NCBI GenBank assembly: GCA_041750555.1
Contig: JBGSZB010000016.1
Coordinates: 19,725 to 83,724 of the forward strand
DNA from: Candidatus Dojkabacteria bacterium
GTDB lineage: Bacteria; Patescibacteriota; Dojkabacteria; J137
Length of the DNA stretch: 64,000 bases
Reading direction: 5' to 3'
Shown: positions 10,210-20,563 of the stretch, piece by piece
How the letters are laid out: every line of letters starts with the position of its first letter
Position numbering within the stretch: the first letter of the stretch is position 1
The notes under the pieces: generated by a model
What the model was told of the DNA's origin: nothing
What the model saw: the letters and a program-made list of their open reading frames with translations, nothing else
The model's database searches: none
Program-made: the position numbers and the translations under genes

Positions 10210-10646
10210 TCTTTAGAGTATCTTCTATTAAGTAATGTTACTACAATAATAGCTAGAAATGCTAAGAAAGATAGTAATGGTATTGTTACAAAACCTAATA
10301 CTTCAAAATCAATTTGAGTACATGAAATACCATCTCCACAAGCTAAGAATTGAGTTCCAATAGAAAACTTTTGAACAATATAATGATATCCTGAAAATAA
10401 TAGTCCTGGAATACAAAGAGCAATAATATATTTAAAATTTAATTTATCTTTAAAAGATATAGCTACACTACTTAGAATAAATAGTGAATACATAAATATT
10501 CTTTGATACCAACATAAGTTACAGGGAGGTAATTTAACAACTTCACTAAAGTATAAACTTCCAAAAGTAGATACAAATGTTAAAAGGAATATAATATTTA
10601 GGCTGTTATCTCCTAAAAACTTTAGTAATTTATTAATAATCTTCAC
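10206..10646 (-). CDS. DsbB/BdbC-like disulfide bond formation protein
   Basis: PPCNLCWYQRIFMY (CxxC followed by YQR) in TM1-2 loop region; second Cys pair CGDGISC; 4 TM helices; 146 aa. Confidence 0.55.
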   Translation of the reverse strand: MKIINKLLKFLGDNSLNIIFLLTFVSTFGSLYFSEVVKLPPCNLCWYQRIFMYSLFILSSVAISFKDKLNFKYIIALCIPGLLFSGYHYIVQKFSIGTQFLACGDGISCTQIDFEVLGFVTIPLLSFLAFLAIIVVTLLNRRYSKD

Positions 10647-10654
10647 AAGGTAAA

Positions 10655-11980
10655 TTATGCCACACTTTTTAAATTTTCTCTAACATATTCCTTAGATTCT
10701 TCTACACCTGGTTGATTAAATACATTAACTTCAAGTAAGTTACCTAAAATCAAGGTTACTAATTCAAAAAAATAAAATAATTGGCCTAAATAGTATGCAT
10801 TAACCTCAACAATTTCTAATGTAATATTAGGTATTTCATTATTATCCATTGAAGTTTGTGTACCTCTATACTCTAAATTTAAAATACTGTTAAATGATTT
10901 ATTACTTAAGAAACTTAATTCATTAATATCATTATTATCTATAGCAATATCCAAAGTATTAGAGGCATTAGTAACATTAATAAATGTAATAACTTTATTC
11001 TTAATACCATCAATATATAATTGTAATTGAGAATGTTGATCAAGGGGACCTAGGTTAGATATTGGTGTAATACCCTGAGTTACATTGTTATTATCCACTT
11101 TACCAAGAGATTCAGAGATTAACTGTACATACCATTTAGAAAAGTATGTTAAATATTTAGAATAAGGCATTAAAACATTAATATTTTTATTTTTTAAATA
11201 TTCTGAATAAATAAAACTAACATACTTAGTTACTTCATCTAAATTATTATCTAAATCAATAGCTCCCTTAATTAAACTATTAACATCTAAGTTTAATAAT
11301 AGAGATGGTATTAAACCAACACTAGATAATACTGAAAATCTACCTCCTAATTCTTTAGGAATATCAATAGTTATTACATTATGTTTTAAAGAGATATCCC
11401 TTAAAATATTAGAGCTATTAGCATTTGTATTAATTTCTTTTTCTTCAACTTCATTTGTTATAAATACAAAATGTTCTTTAATATTTAAATTTAATTTCTT
11501 AACTTTAGTGTAAAAGAATAAAAAGCTACTTAATGTTTCTATAGTATTTCCCGATTTAGATAAAACTAGGAATAAGGTTTTTGATAAATCTAAAACATCT
11601 AATAATTCATTTAAATATTTAGGTTCTGTAGTGTCTCCTGCAAAATATACTTTTTTAAAGTTAGTTAAGTTTTTATCATTACTTAAGCTATTAACGTTAC
11701 TTGAACTTACATTATCCAATTCATTAAAGTTAGAGTGAGTTAGGGCATTAAATATTGCTCTAAAACCTAAATCACTACCTCCTACACCTAGAATTACTAA
11801 AGTATCTTTATTTTTTTTAACATTATCTAGTTTACTAAATTCTAATAGTACCTTATCTAATTGATATATCTCCTTAATAAACACAGGTGGATTATTTATT
11901 AACTCTTTCTTAACTTGCTTAATTTTGTTTAATAACTCTAAGTCAATCTTATCTACAATCTTGGAGGTTACTTTAATCAT
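10655..11980 (-). CDS. pgi: glucose-6-phosphate isomerase (short bacterial/archaeal type)
   Basis: LVILGVGGSDLGFRA motif (GxGGS-LG); 441 aa. Confidence 0.75.
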   Translation of the reverse strand: MIKVTSKIVDKIDLELLNKIKQVKKELINNPPVFIKEIYQLDKVLLEFSKLDNVKKNKDTLVILGVGGSDLGFRAIFNALTHSNFNELDNVSSSNVNSLSNDKNLTNFKKVYFAGDTTEPKYLNELLDVLDLSKTLFLVLSKSGNTIETLSSFLFFYTKVKKLNLNIKEHFVFITNEVEEKEINTNANSSNILRDISLKHNVITIDIPKELGGRFSVLSSVGLIPSLLLNLDVNSLIKGAIDLDNNLDEVTKYVSFIYSEYLKNKNINVLMPYSKYLTYFSKWYVQLISESLGKVDNNNVTQGITPISNLGPLDQHSQLQLYIDGIKNKVITFINVTNASNTLDIAIDNNDINELSFLSNKSFNSILNLEYRGTQTSMDNNEIPNITLEIVEVNAYYLGQLFYFFELVTLILGNLLEVNVFNQPGVEESKEYVRENLKSVA

Positions 11981-12073
11981 AAATGAATATTTAATAGATA
12001 TTAATATATTACTTTAAATAAAGTATCTTTAATATATAATAATACAGAGATTATTAATTGTTAAAAAATATAT

Positions 12074-13093
12074 ATGACATCAAGATTAGCTATAAATGGA
12101 TTTGGAAGAATAGGTAGATTGTTTTTAAGAAGTTTAATTGAAAAAAACTATTTAAATAATAGTGTTGAAGTTGTAGCTGTTAATGATTTAACAGATGCTT
12201 TTAATTTAGCTTATCTTTTAAAGTATGATAGTGTTCATGGTGTAATGAAATCTGATGTTAAGGCTCTTGATGAATCAACTTTAATGATAGATGGTAAAGA
12301 GATTAAGGTATTAAATTTAAAGGTTAAACCAACTGAGTTACCTTGGAGAGATTTAAATATTGATGTAGTAGTAGAATCCACCGGAGTTTTTGAGAAGAAG
12401 GAAGATGCTAGTGGACATATTAGGGCTGGAGCTAAGAAGGTAATAATTTCAGCTCCAAGTGATAGTGATGTTAATACATATTTAGTGGGTGTTAATTCTG
12501 ATAAATACTTAGGAGAAGATATTATCTCTAATGCAAGTTGTACTACTAACTGCATTGCTCCAATGGTTTATGCTTTAATTAGAGAGGGTATTGGATTAGA
12601 GGAAGGGTTAATGAATACTATGCATGCATATACTGCTACTCAATCTTTAACTGATTCTCCATCATCTAAAGACTTTAGAAGAGGAAGAAGTGCCGGTTTA
12701 AATATTGTTCCATCAAGTACAGGAGCTGCAAAAATGATTGGAGAGATATTACCTGAAGTTAAAGGTAAATTAACTGGTATGTCTTTTAGAGTTCCTGTTG
12801 CTTGTGGTTCTGTAATTGATTTAACTTTTAAACCAACAAGAGAAACCTCTCTTGAGGAGATTAATTCTTTAATGAAGAAAGCTTCTGAAACTTATCTTAA
12901 AGGAGTAATGGAGTATACAACTGATCCTATTGTATCTAGTGATATTATTCATAATTCTCATTCATGTGTTTATGATTCTACTAGTGGTATACAATTAAAT
13001 TCAAGATTTTTTAAAATTGTTGGTTGGTATGATAACGAATGGGGTTACTCTAATAGGTTAGTGGATTTGTTAGGGAGTGTACTAACTAAGTAG
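12074..13093 (+). CDS. gap: glyceraldehyde-3-phosphate dehydrogenase, type I
   Basis: INGFGRIGR NAD-binding motif and catalytic SCTTNCIAP. Confidence 0.95.
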   Translation: MTSRLAINGFGRIGRLFLRSLIEKNYLNNSVEVVAVNDLTDAFNLAYLLKYDSVHGVMKSDVKALDESTLMIDGKEIKVLNLKVKPTELPWRDLNIDVVVESTGVFEKKEDASGHIRAGAKKVIISAPSDSDVNTYLVGVNSDKYLGEDIISNASCTTNCIAPMVYALIREGIGLEEGLMNTMHAYTATQSLTDSPSSKDFRRGRSAGLNIVPSSTGAAKMIGEILPEVKGKLTGMSFRVPVACGSVIDLTFKPTRETSLEEINSLMKKASETYLKGVMEYTTDPIVSSDIIHNSHSCVYDSTSGIQLNSRFFKIVGWYDNEWGYSNRLVDLLGSVLTK

Positions 13094-13250
13094 TAAATTT
13101 ATCTTTTACCATTTGCGTTTTTTACTATAGCTTTATACCTTTCTAAGAATTTTTCTGTTCTAGGAACTTTTCCTCCAGAATTTTTAATTCTATTTATTAA
13201 TACTTCAAGTCTTTGGAGTAGTTTAATATTTATTAAAATTTCTATAGAAC

Positions 13251-13790
13251 TTACATTAAAACAGAACCTTGACCACTAGGTGGATTGTTTCTGAATTTTC
13301 TAGATCTCATCTGCTCTACTGTTTCAAAATCAATATTTATACCTGTAAAATATATTGTATTTAATCTTTCTAATCTTACTAACCAGTGCATTAATATATT
13401 TCTATGACTAATACCTTCAACATCTACCATGTATGATGGCAATTCCACTTTTAATATAGGTAAGTTAGTATATACATGTTTAAGAAATATTGTTAAGTTA
13501 ATTAATGTTTCATACATTTCTCTACTAATATCTGGAACAGCAAGTGAACCTGAAACTGGGAATAACAGATTTAAAAAGCTATCAATTACATAAGTTTCTT
13601 CTAATGACATCTCTACAATTACACTGTCCTTAAAGCCTGAGATAACTAAGCTTTTATTTGGAAGTGTAATAAATGAATTAGCATATTTTTGGTAAAGAGT
13701 TTGAACTAAAGGCATGTATCTTTCAATCGAATTTATACATTCAAGCAATCTAATTCTATCTAAATCTTCAACAGAAGTAGTTCTTTCCAT
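13251..13790 (-). CDS. hypothetical protein
   Basis: 179 aa ORF convergent with gap; basic C-terminal tail; no motif recognised. Confidence 0.4.
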   Translation of the reverse strand: MERTTSVEDLDRIRLLECINSIERYMPLVQTLYQKYANSFITLPNKSLVISGFKDSVIVEMSLEETYVIDSFLNLLFPVSGSLAVPDISREMYETLINLTIFLKHVYTNLPILKVELPSYMVDVEGISHRNILMHWLVRLERLNTIYFTGINIDFETVEQMRSRKFRNNPPSGQGSVLM

Positions 13791-13896
13791 TTACAAAAAA
13801 TTAATAAGTTATATTAACACACTAAATTATTTTATAGGTTAGTTTAAAAATGGGATTGTGATATATAATCAAATATACATTTTATTATTAATATAT

Positions 13897-14157
13897 ATGT
13901 CTTCAATTTCAAAGGTAGAGGTGATTCCTACTAAACAATCAAAAGAAAGCGTAAGAGATTATGTGAAAACGCTAACTTTACCTCTTCTATTACTTCTAGC
14001 AACAATGCTAGGATTTGAAAGAACGGTAAATGAAAAGGTTTCAGAATTAACTGAAGAAGTTAAAAATAACTTAGCTGAAAGTATCGTAGCTAGAATTCAA
14101 CCACAAGACCTTCCAGGTATTCAAGAACAGTTGAGGGAATTTAACAACGAAGGCTAA
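13897..14157 (+). CDS. small hypothetical protein with one TM helix
   Basis: Short ORF upstream of pgk; the ORF track starts at GTG 13858, and ATG 13897 is an alternative. Confidence 0.3.
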   Translation: MSSISKVEVIPTKQSKESVRDYVKTLTLPLLLLLATMLGFERTVNEKVSELTEEVKNNLAESIVARIQPQDLPGIQEQLREFNNEG

Positions 14158-14193
14158 ACTATCATTCATAATTAATTCTGCTAAAATATCCTT

Positions 14194-15399
14194 ATGGAAT
14201 TAAATAACTATTCATATACAAATATTAACTTAACTAAAGAATTAAATATTGTAGTTAGATCATGTTTAAATGTAACACAAGATAGTGATGGTAACGTATT
14301 AGATAATTCTAGAATAATTGAATCTTCAAAACTAATTAAAGAGTTAGGGGGTAGGGTTAATAGGGTAGTAATACTAGCTCACTTAGGAAGACCGAGTGAA
14401 TATTCTAAAGAATTTAGTTTTGTAAATGTTGTTAAAGAGTTAGAGGGTGAAGTAAATAAAGGAGTTAATGATAAATTTAGTATTACTTTAGTTAATACTT
14501 TAGAAGAATTAGAAAACTTAGTTAATCAAAATGCTAGGGGAATATATTTACTAGAAAATATTAGGTTTAATAATGATGAAGAGAGTAGTGATTTAAATAT
14601 TAGAAGTGAATTTGGTAAAAGATTATCTAAGTTAGGTGATATATTCATTAATGATTCATTTGCAGACTATAGAGAGAGTGCATCTAACTATGATATTGCT
14701 AAAAATATGCAGTCATATTTAGGCCCTGTATTTATTAATGAAATAAATAATTTAAATAAATTAAAGAATCCAAGTACTCCATACATTGCAATATTAGGTG
14801 GTGCTAAATTAAGTGAGAAGATAGATATTTTAAATTCACTACTTGATACTTGTGATAAAGTTTTAATAGGTGGAGCAATGAGCTATACAATATTAAAAGC
14901 TAAGGGTATTAATGTAGGGAACTCTTTAATTGAAGAAGATAAAATAGATGTTGCAGTAGAGATATTAAATAAATATTCAGATAAGTTAGTATTACCCCTT
15001 GATCATTTAGTGAGTAATGAATTTAATGAAGAGAGTCCCTATCAATATATTAATGAAGTTAACATTAGTGAAAATAGAGTAGCAATAGATATTGGGTGGG
15101 AAACTATTAAGTTATTTAGGGATGAAATATTAAAAGCTAATACAATCCTTTGGAATGGTCCAATGGGTGTATTTGAATGGGAACACTCAAGTGTAGGAAC
15201 TGTAGAAATAGCTAAAGCTATAGTTAACAATGTAAATGCATACAAGGTAGTTGGTGGAGGAGATAGTATTACAGCTCTCAATAAATTTAATATATTAGGA
15301 TTTGATCATATATCAACAGGAGGAGGAGCTATGATTAAATATTTATCAGGTGATGAGTTTAAAACATTAGAGGTTATACTCAATCAGCATAACAAGTAA
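14194..15399 (+). CDS. pgk: phosphoglycerate kinase
   Basis: RVVILAHLGRP; GGAKLSEKI; GGGDS; C-terminal GGGAM motif. Confidence 0.9.
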   Translation: MELNNYSYTNINLTKELNIVVRSCLNVTQDSDGNVLDNSRIIESSKLIKELGGRVNRVVILAHLGRPSEYSKEFSFVNVVKELEGEVNKGVNDKFSITLVNTLEELENLVNQNARGIYLLENIRFNNDEESSDLNIRSEFGKRLSKLGDIFINDSFADYRESASNYDIAKNMQSYLGPVFINEINNLNKLKNPSTPYIAILGGAKLSEKIDILNSLLDTCDKVLIGGAMSYTILKAKGINVGNSLIEEDKIDVAVEILNKYSDKLVLPLDHLVSNEFNEESPYQYINEVNISENRVAIDIGWETIKLFRDEILKANTILWNGPMGVFEWEHSSVGTVEIAKAIVNNVNAYKVVGGGDSITALNKFNILGFDHISTGGGAMIKYLSGDEFKTLEVILNQHNK

Positions 15400-15400
15400 A

Positions 15401-15943
15401 TTACCTCCTATCCCTTAACAACATACTTAAGAATAGATATCCAAAACTAAATAGTATTAGATAAAATATTAAATTACTAACTTGAGAATATATATTGTTA
15501 TTGTAGTAAAACGATACTAAGTTACATCTAATTTCACAAAAGAAAGAATCATAGTTATACATTCTTTGTAAAGATTTCATTACAATACTTAATATTACAT
15601 TAGAATAAAATAGAGGTAATATTAAACCTAAGAATGAATTTAATGTAATAATTACTGGTAAATGATTTAAGTTACTGTAATAACTTCTAGCAATAAATCT
15701 AAAGTAATTAATAATTACTAATAAATTTAAGAATATTAATATTAAACCAAATATACTAACAAATGCTTTAGTAAAATCTCCTCCAGTTTTAGTTAATCCA
15801 TTAAAAAAAAGTATAGATAACATAAAGAAGGATATAGATAAAAAGCTTCTAAACATTATAGAGTGATCTAACATTTTTGAATTAAATCTACGTGCTTTAT
15901 TTGGAAGTGATTTAATATTAGAAGTTAATTTATCAAGAAACAT
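15401..15943 (-). CDS. hypothetical multi-pass membrane protein
   Basis: 180 aa, 4-5 hydrophobic helices. Confidence 0.4.
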   Translation of the reverse strand: MFLDKLTSNIKSLPNKARRFNSKMLDHSIMFRSFLSISFFMLSILFFNGLTKTGGDFTKAFVSIFGLILIFLNLLVIINYFRFIARSYYSNLNHLPVIITLNSFLGLILPLFYSNVILSIVMKSLQRMYNYDSFFCEIRCNLVSFYYNNNIYSQVSNLIFYLILFSFGYLFLSMLLRDRR

Positions 15944-15979
15944 TTAAATTAGATAATAAATATATTAATTTATTATATA

Positions 15980-17065
15980 CTACACACCCATAAATATACC
16001 TAACTTTTTTGCAGTTTGATAAACATGAGAATTTATTGTTACCTTTTTAAGAATATTAATAGCTTCTGTAATTGGAACTTCAACAATCTCATTATCTTTT
16101 AAAGACACCATATACCCGAATCGTAAATCTAGTATTAAATCAATAGCCCTAATACCATATGATTTAGCTAATATTCTATCCATTGAATCAGGAGAACCAC
16201 CTCTTTGTAAATGTCCTAAGACTAAGTTTCTTAAATCAAATTGATTAGGAGCTCTTTTATTTATTTCATTAATTATTTCACTTGAGATACCACCTAATTT
16301 AATTTCACCTTTTTTAATATTTTTATCACTAATTACTTCACCATTAATTGCTTTAGCTCCCTCACTTACAACTATTATTGAATAATCTCTACCTATATGT
16401 TTTTTCCATTTTAAAAATCTTACTAATGCATTGTAATCAAAATCAAATTCAGGAAGTAGTATTACATCAGCACCACTAGCTAGCCCAGAATGTAGTGCTA
16501 TCCAACCAGAATATCTACCCATAGTTTCAATTACCATAACTCTTTCATGACTCTCCGCACTTGTTCTTACTTTATCAATTGCATCAACGACAATATTTAC
16601 AGCACTACTAAATCCAAAGCTTTGATCAGTATTTGTAACATCATTATCTATTGTTTTTGGAATACCAATAATATTTATACCTCTATCCATAAACTGTAAT
16701 GCACCACTTAATGTTCCATCTCCACCTATTAATATTATTCCATCTAAATTAAGTCTATGATAATTTTTAACAACCTTATCAATTAAGTCTTTATCTATCT
16801 TTCTTTTTTTACCTTCATCTCCTCTTTTAGAACCAAATAACCCTCTGTTAGAGGTTTTTAAAATTGTTCCACCAAGACTTCCTATACCTTTAACGCTACT
16901 TGAGTTTAATTCTATGTATTCATTATCATATACTCCTTCCCAACTTCTTAAAAATCCAAAGAACTTAATATGTCTCTTAACTCCATAAGTTACACATGCT
17001 TCTATTACAGCATTTGTACCTTGTGCATCTCCTCCTCCTGTTACTATTCCTATTCTTTTATACAT
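15980..17065 (-). CDS. pfkA: 6-phosphofructokinase (PfkA family; ATP versus PPi dependence not decided)
   Basis: IGIVTGGGDAQGTNA and IILIGGDGTLSGA motifs. Confidence 0.9.
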   Translation of the reverse strand: MYKRIGIVTGGGDAQGTNAVIEACVTYGVKRHIKFFGFLRSWEGVYDNEYIELNSSSVKGIGSLGGTILKTSNRGLFGSKRGDEGKKRKIDKDLIDKVVKNYHRLNLDGIILIGGDGTLSGALQFMDRGINIIGIPKTIDNDVTNTDQSFGFSSAVNIVVDAIDKVRTSAESHERVMVIETMGRYSGWIALHSGLASGADVILLPEFDFDYNALVRFLKWKKHIGRDYSIIVVSEGAKAINGEVISDKNIKKGEIKLGGISSEIINEINKRAPNQFDLRNLVLGHLQRGGSPDSMDRILAKSYGIRAIDLILDLRFGYMVSLKDNEIVEVPITEAINILKKVTINSHVYQTAKKLGIFMGV

Positions 17066-17209
17066 AAATACCTAGATATTTAATTAATATATTTCTTACT
17101 TAGTTTACAATTATTAAAAAAGTTTTTGAAGTAATATGTTTTATATTTAATATATATTACTTTAAACTCAAGTTTATTGATAAAATATTAATAATTAATA
17201 TTAAAAGTT

Positions 17210-18268
17210 ATGGATAAATACACTGAATTCTTAAAAGAATTAGATTCAACTAGATATATATTAAATGAGCCATTATCTAAACACTCTACTGTTAGAATTG
17301 GAGGACCTGCTGATATTTGGTATGAAGCTCTAACTAATGATGACTTTATACAAACTATTAAACTAGCTAGAGAGTACAATGTCCCAGTAACTATACTTGG
17401 TAGAGGAGCTAATGTATTAATTGGAGATTTGGGTATTAGGGGATTAGTTATTAAAAACTCTAGTAAAAATATTAAGATATCAAGTGAAGAGAGTGTTAGT
17501 GAAACTAAAGAGTTAGAAGATGAAGTTCAAGCTAGATGGGATTCTGCTACAGAAGAGGAGGGTGCTAGATCAATGTATGAATTTAAAGATTTAGATTATT
17601 CAGAAGAAGAGTATCCAAGAGTTGATGTAACAATAGATAGTGGTGTAGATATGCCTTTTGCAATTAATTATTTAATTCAAAATGGTGTTACAGGATTACA
17701 ATGGTATTCTAGAATTCCAGGAAGTTTAGGTGGTTGGATTTACAATAATGTTCATGGTGGAACACACTTTATCCATGAAGTTATTAAAGATGTTACTGTT
17801 TTAACTCCTGATAACAAGATTGTTGTATTAGGTAAACAAGATTTAGGCTTAGATTATGATTTATCTAGGTTTCATACATCTAACGAGGTAATTATTAAAG
17901 CAACACTACTGTTATACAAAGGTGATACACAAAAAGCTAGATATGTAGCTATGGAGTGGGCTAAGAGAAAAAGTATCCAACCATCAATTTCTATTGGTTG
18001 TATATTTAAAAATATCTCTAATGAGTCTAAAGAGAAGTTTAATTATCCAACTACTAGTGTTGGATACATTGTAGAGCATGTACTTAATATGAAGGGTTTT
18101 CATATTGGAGATGCATATATTTCTCCTAATCATCATAACTTTATTGAGAATAAAGGTAATGCAACAGCTAAAGATTACCTAGCTGTTATTAATGAAATAG
18201 TTAATAGAACTAAAGAGAAACTAGGTATAGATTTAGAATTAGAGATATTTAAGTTAGGGGAGTTTTAA
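17210..18268 (+). CDS. murB: UDP-N-acetylenolpyruvoylglucosamine reductase
   Basis: FAD-binding PCMH domain (VRIGGPADIW...ILGRGANVLI); carries a ~50 aa acidic insertion. Confidence 0.8.
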   Translation: MDKYTEFLKELDSTRYILNEPLSKHSTVRIGGPADIWYEALTNDDFIQTIKLAREYNVPVTILGRGANVLIGDLGIRGLVIKNSSKNIKISSEESVSETKELEDEVQARWDSATEEEGARSMYEFKDLDYSEEEYPRVDVTIDSGVDMPFAINYLIQNGVTGLQWYSRIPGSLGGWIYNNVHGGTHFIHEVIKDVTVLTPDNKIVVLGKQDLGLDYDLSRFHTSNEVIIKATLLLYKGDTQKARYVAMEWAKRKSIQPSISIGCIFKNISNESKEKFNYPTTSVGYIVEHVLNMKGFHIGDAYISPNHHNFIENKGNATAKDYLAVINEIVNRTKEKLGIDLELEIFKLGEF

Positions 18269-19596
18269 TCTTTAAAAAGACCTATTTTAAATATAACTGA
18301 ACCTTCTGAAGTACCTCGTTTGGATGACCAGAAGGTTTTATTATCATTAACTTTAAAGTATAGATTTAAGGAACTTATTATGGATTCAAGATCTTCTGCT
18401 ATCTTCGCATGAAGTTTGTAGATACTGGTTTCATCAGTAATACTTAAAGCTGTTTTTTGTTTAATAGTTATCTCAATTGATTCATTGGCAAATAGACTTT
18501 CAAGGTTTTGCTCTATTGCCCCAATAATCTCATCTTTATATAACATTCTACCATGATCTTCTTCATTAAAACTTCTCTTCCATAACTTAAAGTTATCTCT
18601 GAATTTATCTAAAGGTGTTTTTTTACTTTCAATGTATTCAGCTTTAATATCATCTAAATTTTTCTTTAATGAGGTACTTTCGCTTAACTCTTTAAGCGTT
18701 TGAACTAATCTCAAAAATGACTCTACTAGACTCTCTCTTTTACTCGTATCCTTTGTTAAGTCTGTATTTTGAAAGGTTGTAAATAGTTCGGCTAAATCTC
18801 TATATGAGTCTACAAATCCCCTTAAATCCGTTCCTAGCTTGTCTTCAGGGAGTGAATCAACTGACATTAAGGAATCCAAAACATCTGTAACTGATTTTGT
18901 ATCATAAGATTTCTGGTTACCTCCTATAATTTTTAATTCACCACCTAAAAATATAAGACGAGGTTCTATATCTTGGAATTCAACTTTAAAGTAGGCTTTA
19001 TTTTCAGAATCCAAACCATAACTTTTAAATATTAATCCAATAAACTTACTTAGAATTGTTGGATCAATAACAGTAGGCATCTCAATAGGAGGTTCCACAG
19101 GAGTATCCAATACATCTATGGGTTGATTATCTCCTCTAGGGTTCTCTGCAAGAAGCAAAGGTACTTCTTGATTCTGATGCAGAGGAGCTATAGCTTCATC
19201 AACAGTTTCAAGTGGTAAAAATAACTTATCAATACTATCAAAAGTTTTATGGACAAGATATTCTAGATTCCTCTCATATTCATTATATGCTTGATTATTT
19301 TTTAATTTATCTAAGTAATAAAGTATATTACTTAAATCAAAAAAGATTTCATTATACTCATCTTTTTTAATATCTGCCGACTTTCTCTTTAATTCAAAAA
19401 AACGAATAAGATCTTTAAGCAACGATTCTACATCATGATATTTTCTTTCATCTTTTATTAAGTAATATATCGGATATTCTGGAGAATCTTTAGGGAAATA
19501 ATGGCCAAGTAATTTTGGCTTCAATTTGCTATAAATTAATTTAGCCTCATCTTCTCCCATATTGTTATCAACTACTTTTTCAATAGATCCTTGCAT
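18265..19596 (-). CDS. hypothetical protein
   Basis: 443 aa ORF overlapping the murB stop by 4 nt, convergent; no motif recognised. Confidence 0.5.
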   Translation of the reverse strand: MQGSIEKVVDNNMGEDEAKLIYSKLKPKLLGHYFPKDSPEYPIYYLIKDERKYHDVESLLKDLIRFFELKRKSADIKKDEYNEIFFDLSNILYYLDKLKNNQAYNEYERNLEYLVHKTFDSIDKLFLPLETVDEAIAPLHQNQEVPLLLAENPRGDNQPIDVLDTPVEPPIEMPTVIDPTILSKFIGLIFKSYGLDSENKAYFKVEFQDIEPRLIFLGGELKIIGGNQKSYDTKSVTDVLDSLMSVDSLPEDKLGTDLRGFVDSYRDLAELFTTFQNTDLTKDTSKRESLVESFLRLVQTLKELSESTSLKKNLDDIKAEYIESKKTPLDKFRDNFKLWKRSFNEEDHGRMLYKDEIIGAIEQNLESLFANESIEITIKQKTALSITDETSIYKLHAKIAEDLESIISSLNLYFKVNDNKTFWSSKRGTSEGSVIFKIGLFKD

Positions 19597-19605
19597 TTAA
19601 ATTTA

Positions 19606-20562
19606 TTAATAAATAACATTTAAACTCTTAACAATTAATTCTAATTCTTCATCACTTACTTTATAATCTACGTTAACAACTCCATTACCATTAACCATAC
19701 ACATGATCCCAATTATATCATTTTCATAACCTTTAATAGTAGTATAGTAACTTAATGGAATAACACTATCTTTGTTTAAAACAATAGCTTCAATAATATT
19801 AGAAATAACAGTTGATATACCATAATAAGTAGCATTCTTACCTTTAATAATATTGTATGCTTTATCTCTAACAATATTTGTAAATTCCTCTAACTTCTTA
19901 TCTAAATTATTTGTATAGTAACTACTTAATGGTTTAGCTTTAATTAAAACTTTAGTGAATATTGGAACACTACTATCCCCATGTTCCCCTAAAACAATAG
20001 CTTCTACATCATTAACACTAACTTTTAAATCTTGAGATATGGCTAATCTTAACCTTAGAGAATCTAAGTATGTACCACTACCAAATACTCTACCACGAGG
20101 TAACTTTAATGAATTAATAGCAATATGTGTTAAATAATCTACTGGATTAGTAACCATTAAAACAATAATATCCTTTTTTATTTTATTTAAATTACTACAT
20201 ATATCTAAAACTATTCCTTCATTTTTCTTTTTTAAATCTAACCTAGATTCACCATCCTTTTGATTACATCCTGCAGTAATAACTACAATGTCATTATTTT
20301 TAATATCACTGTAACTAGAGGTTTTAATTGTAGAATTAAATAGTATTGTAGAATCTTCTAAATCCATAACCTGTGAGGTTTCTAATTCCTGATTAATATC
20401 AAGTAACAATACTTCATTAATATATTCTTTTGAGAGTAGAGAATAAGCTGTTGTAGAACCAACTAACCCTGCTCCAATAATTACAACTCTACCTGATGGT
20501 TTAAAACTCTTAGAATTTAAAGAAGTATTATCCATCTTTAATATTTTAGTAAATAGTTTCAT
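19606..20562 (-). CDS. ldh: L-lactate/malate dehydrogenase family (probably L-LDH)
   Basis: RVVIIGAGLVGSTTAYSLL Rossmann motif; ITAGC-QKDGESRLDL; GEHGDS catalytic region. Confidence 0.85.
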   Translation of the reverse strand: MKLFTKILKMDNTSLNSKSFKPSGRVVIIGAGLVGSTTAYSLLSKEYINEVLLLDINQELETSQVMDLEDSTILFNSTIKTSSYSDIKNNDIVVITAGCNQKDGESRLDLKKKNEGIVLDICSNLNKIKKDIIVLMVTNPVDYLTHIAINSLKLPRGRVFGSGTYLDSLRLRLAISQDLKVSVNDVEAIVLGEHGDSSVPIFTKVLIKAKPLSSYYTNNLDKKLEEFTNIVRDKAYNIIKGKNATYYGISTVISNIIEAIVLNKDSVIPLSYYTTIKGYENDIIGIMCMVNGNGVVNVDYKVSDEELELIVKSLNVIY

Positions 20563-20563
20563 A

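Noticed and set aside
12235-12555. Antisense ORFs of 60-160 aa inside confidently assigned genes. These are 945-1157, 12235-12555, 15042-15281, 17188-17379, 20877-21065, 23990-24196, 24777-25091, 31568-31831, 33840-34052, 34550-34768, 34997-35227, 37704-37997, 39330-39518, 44744-44980, 49672-50163, 53141-53353, 54358-54546 and 2820-3011.
   Set aside because: Each is fully or mostly contained within a longer ORF with clear homology-type motifs. Their sequences are low-complexity, as expected for out-of-frame translation of AT-rich DNA, and no motif was recognised. They are treated as spurious.
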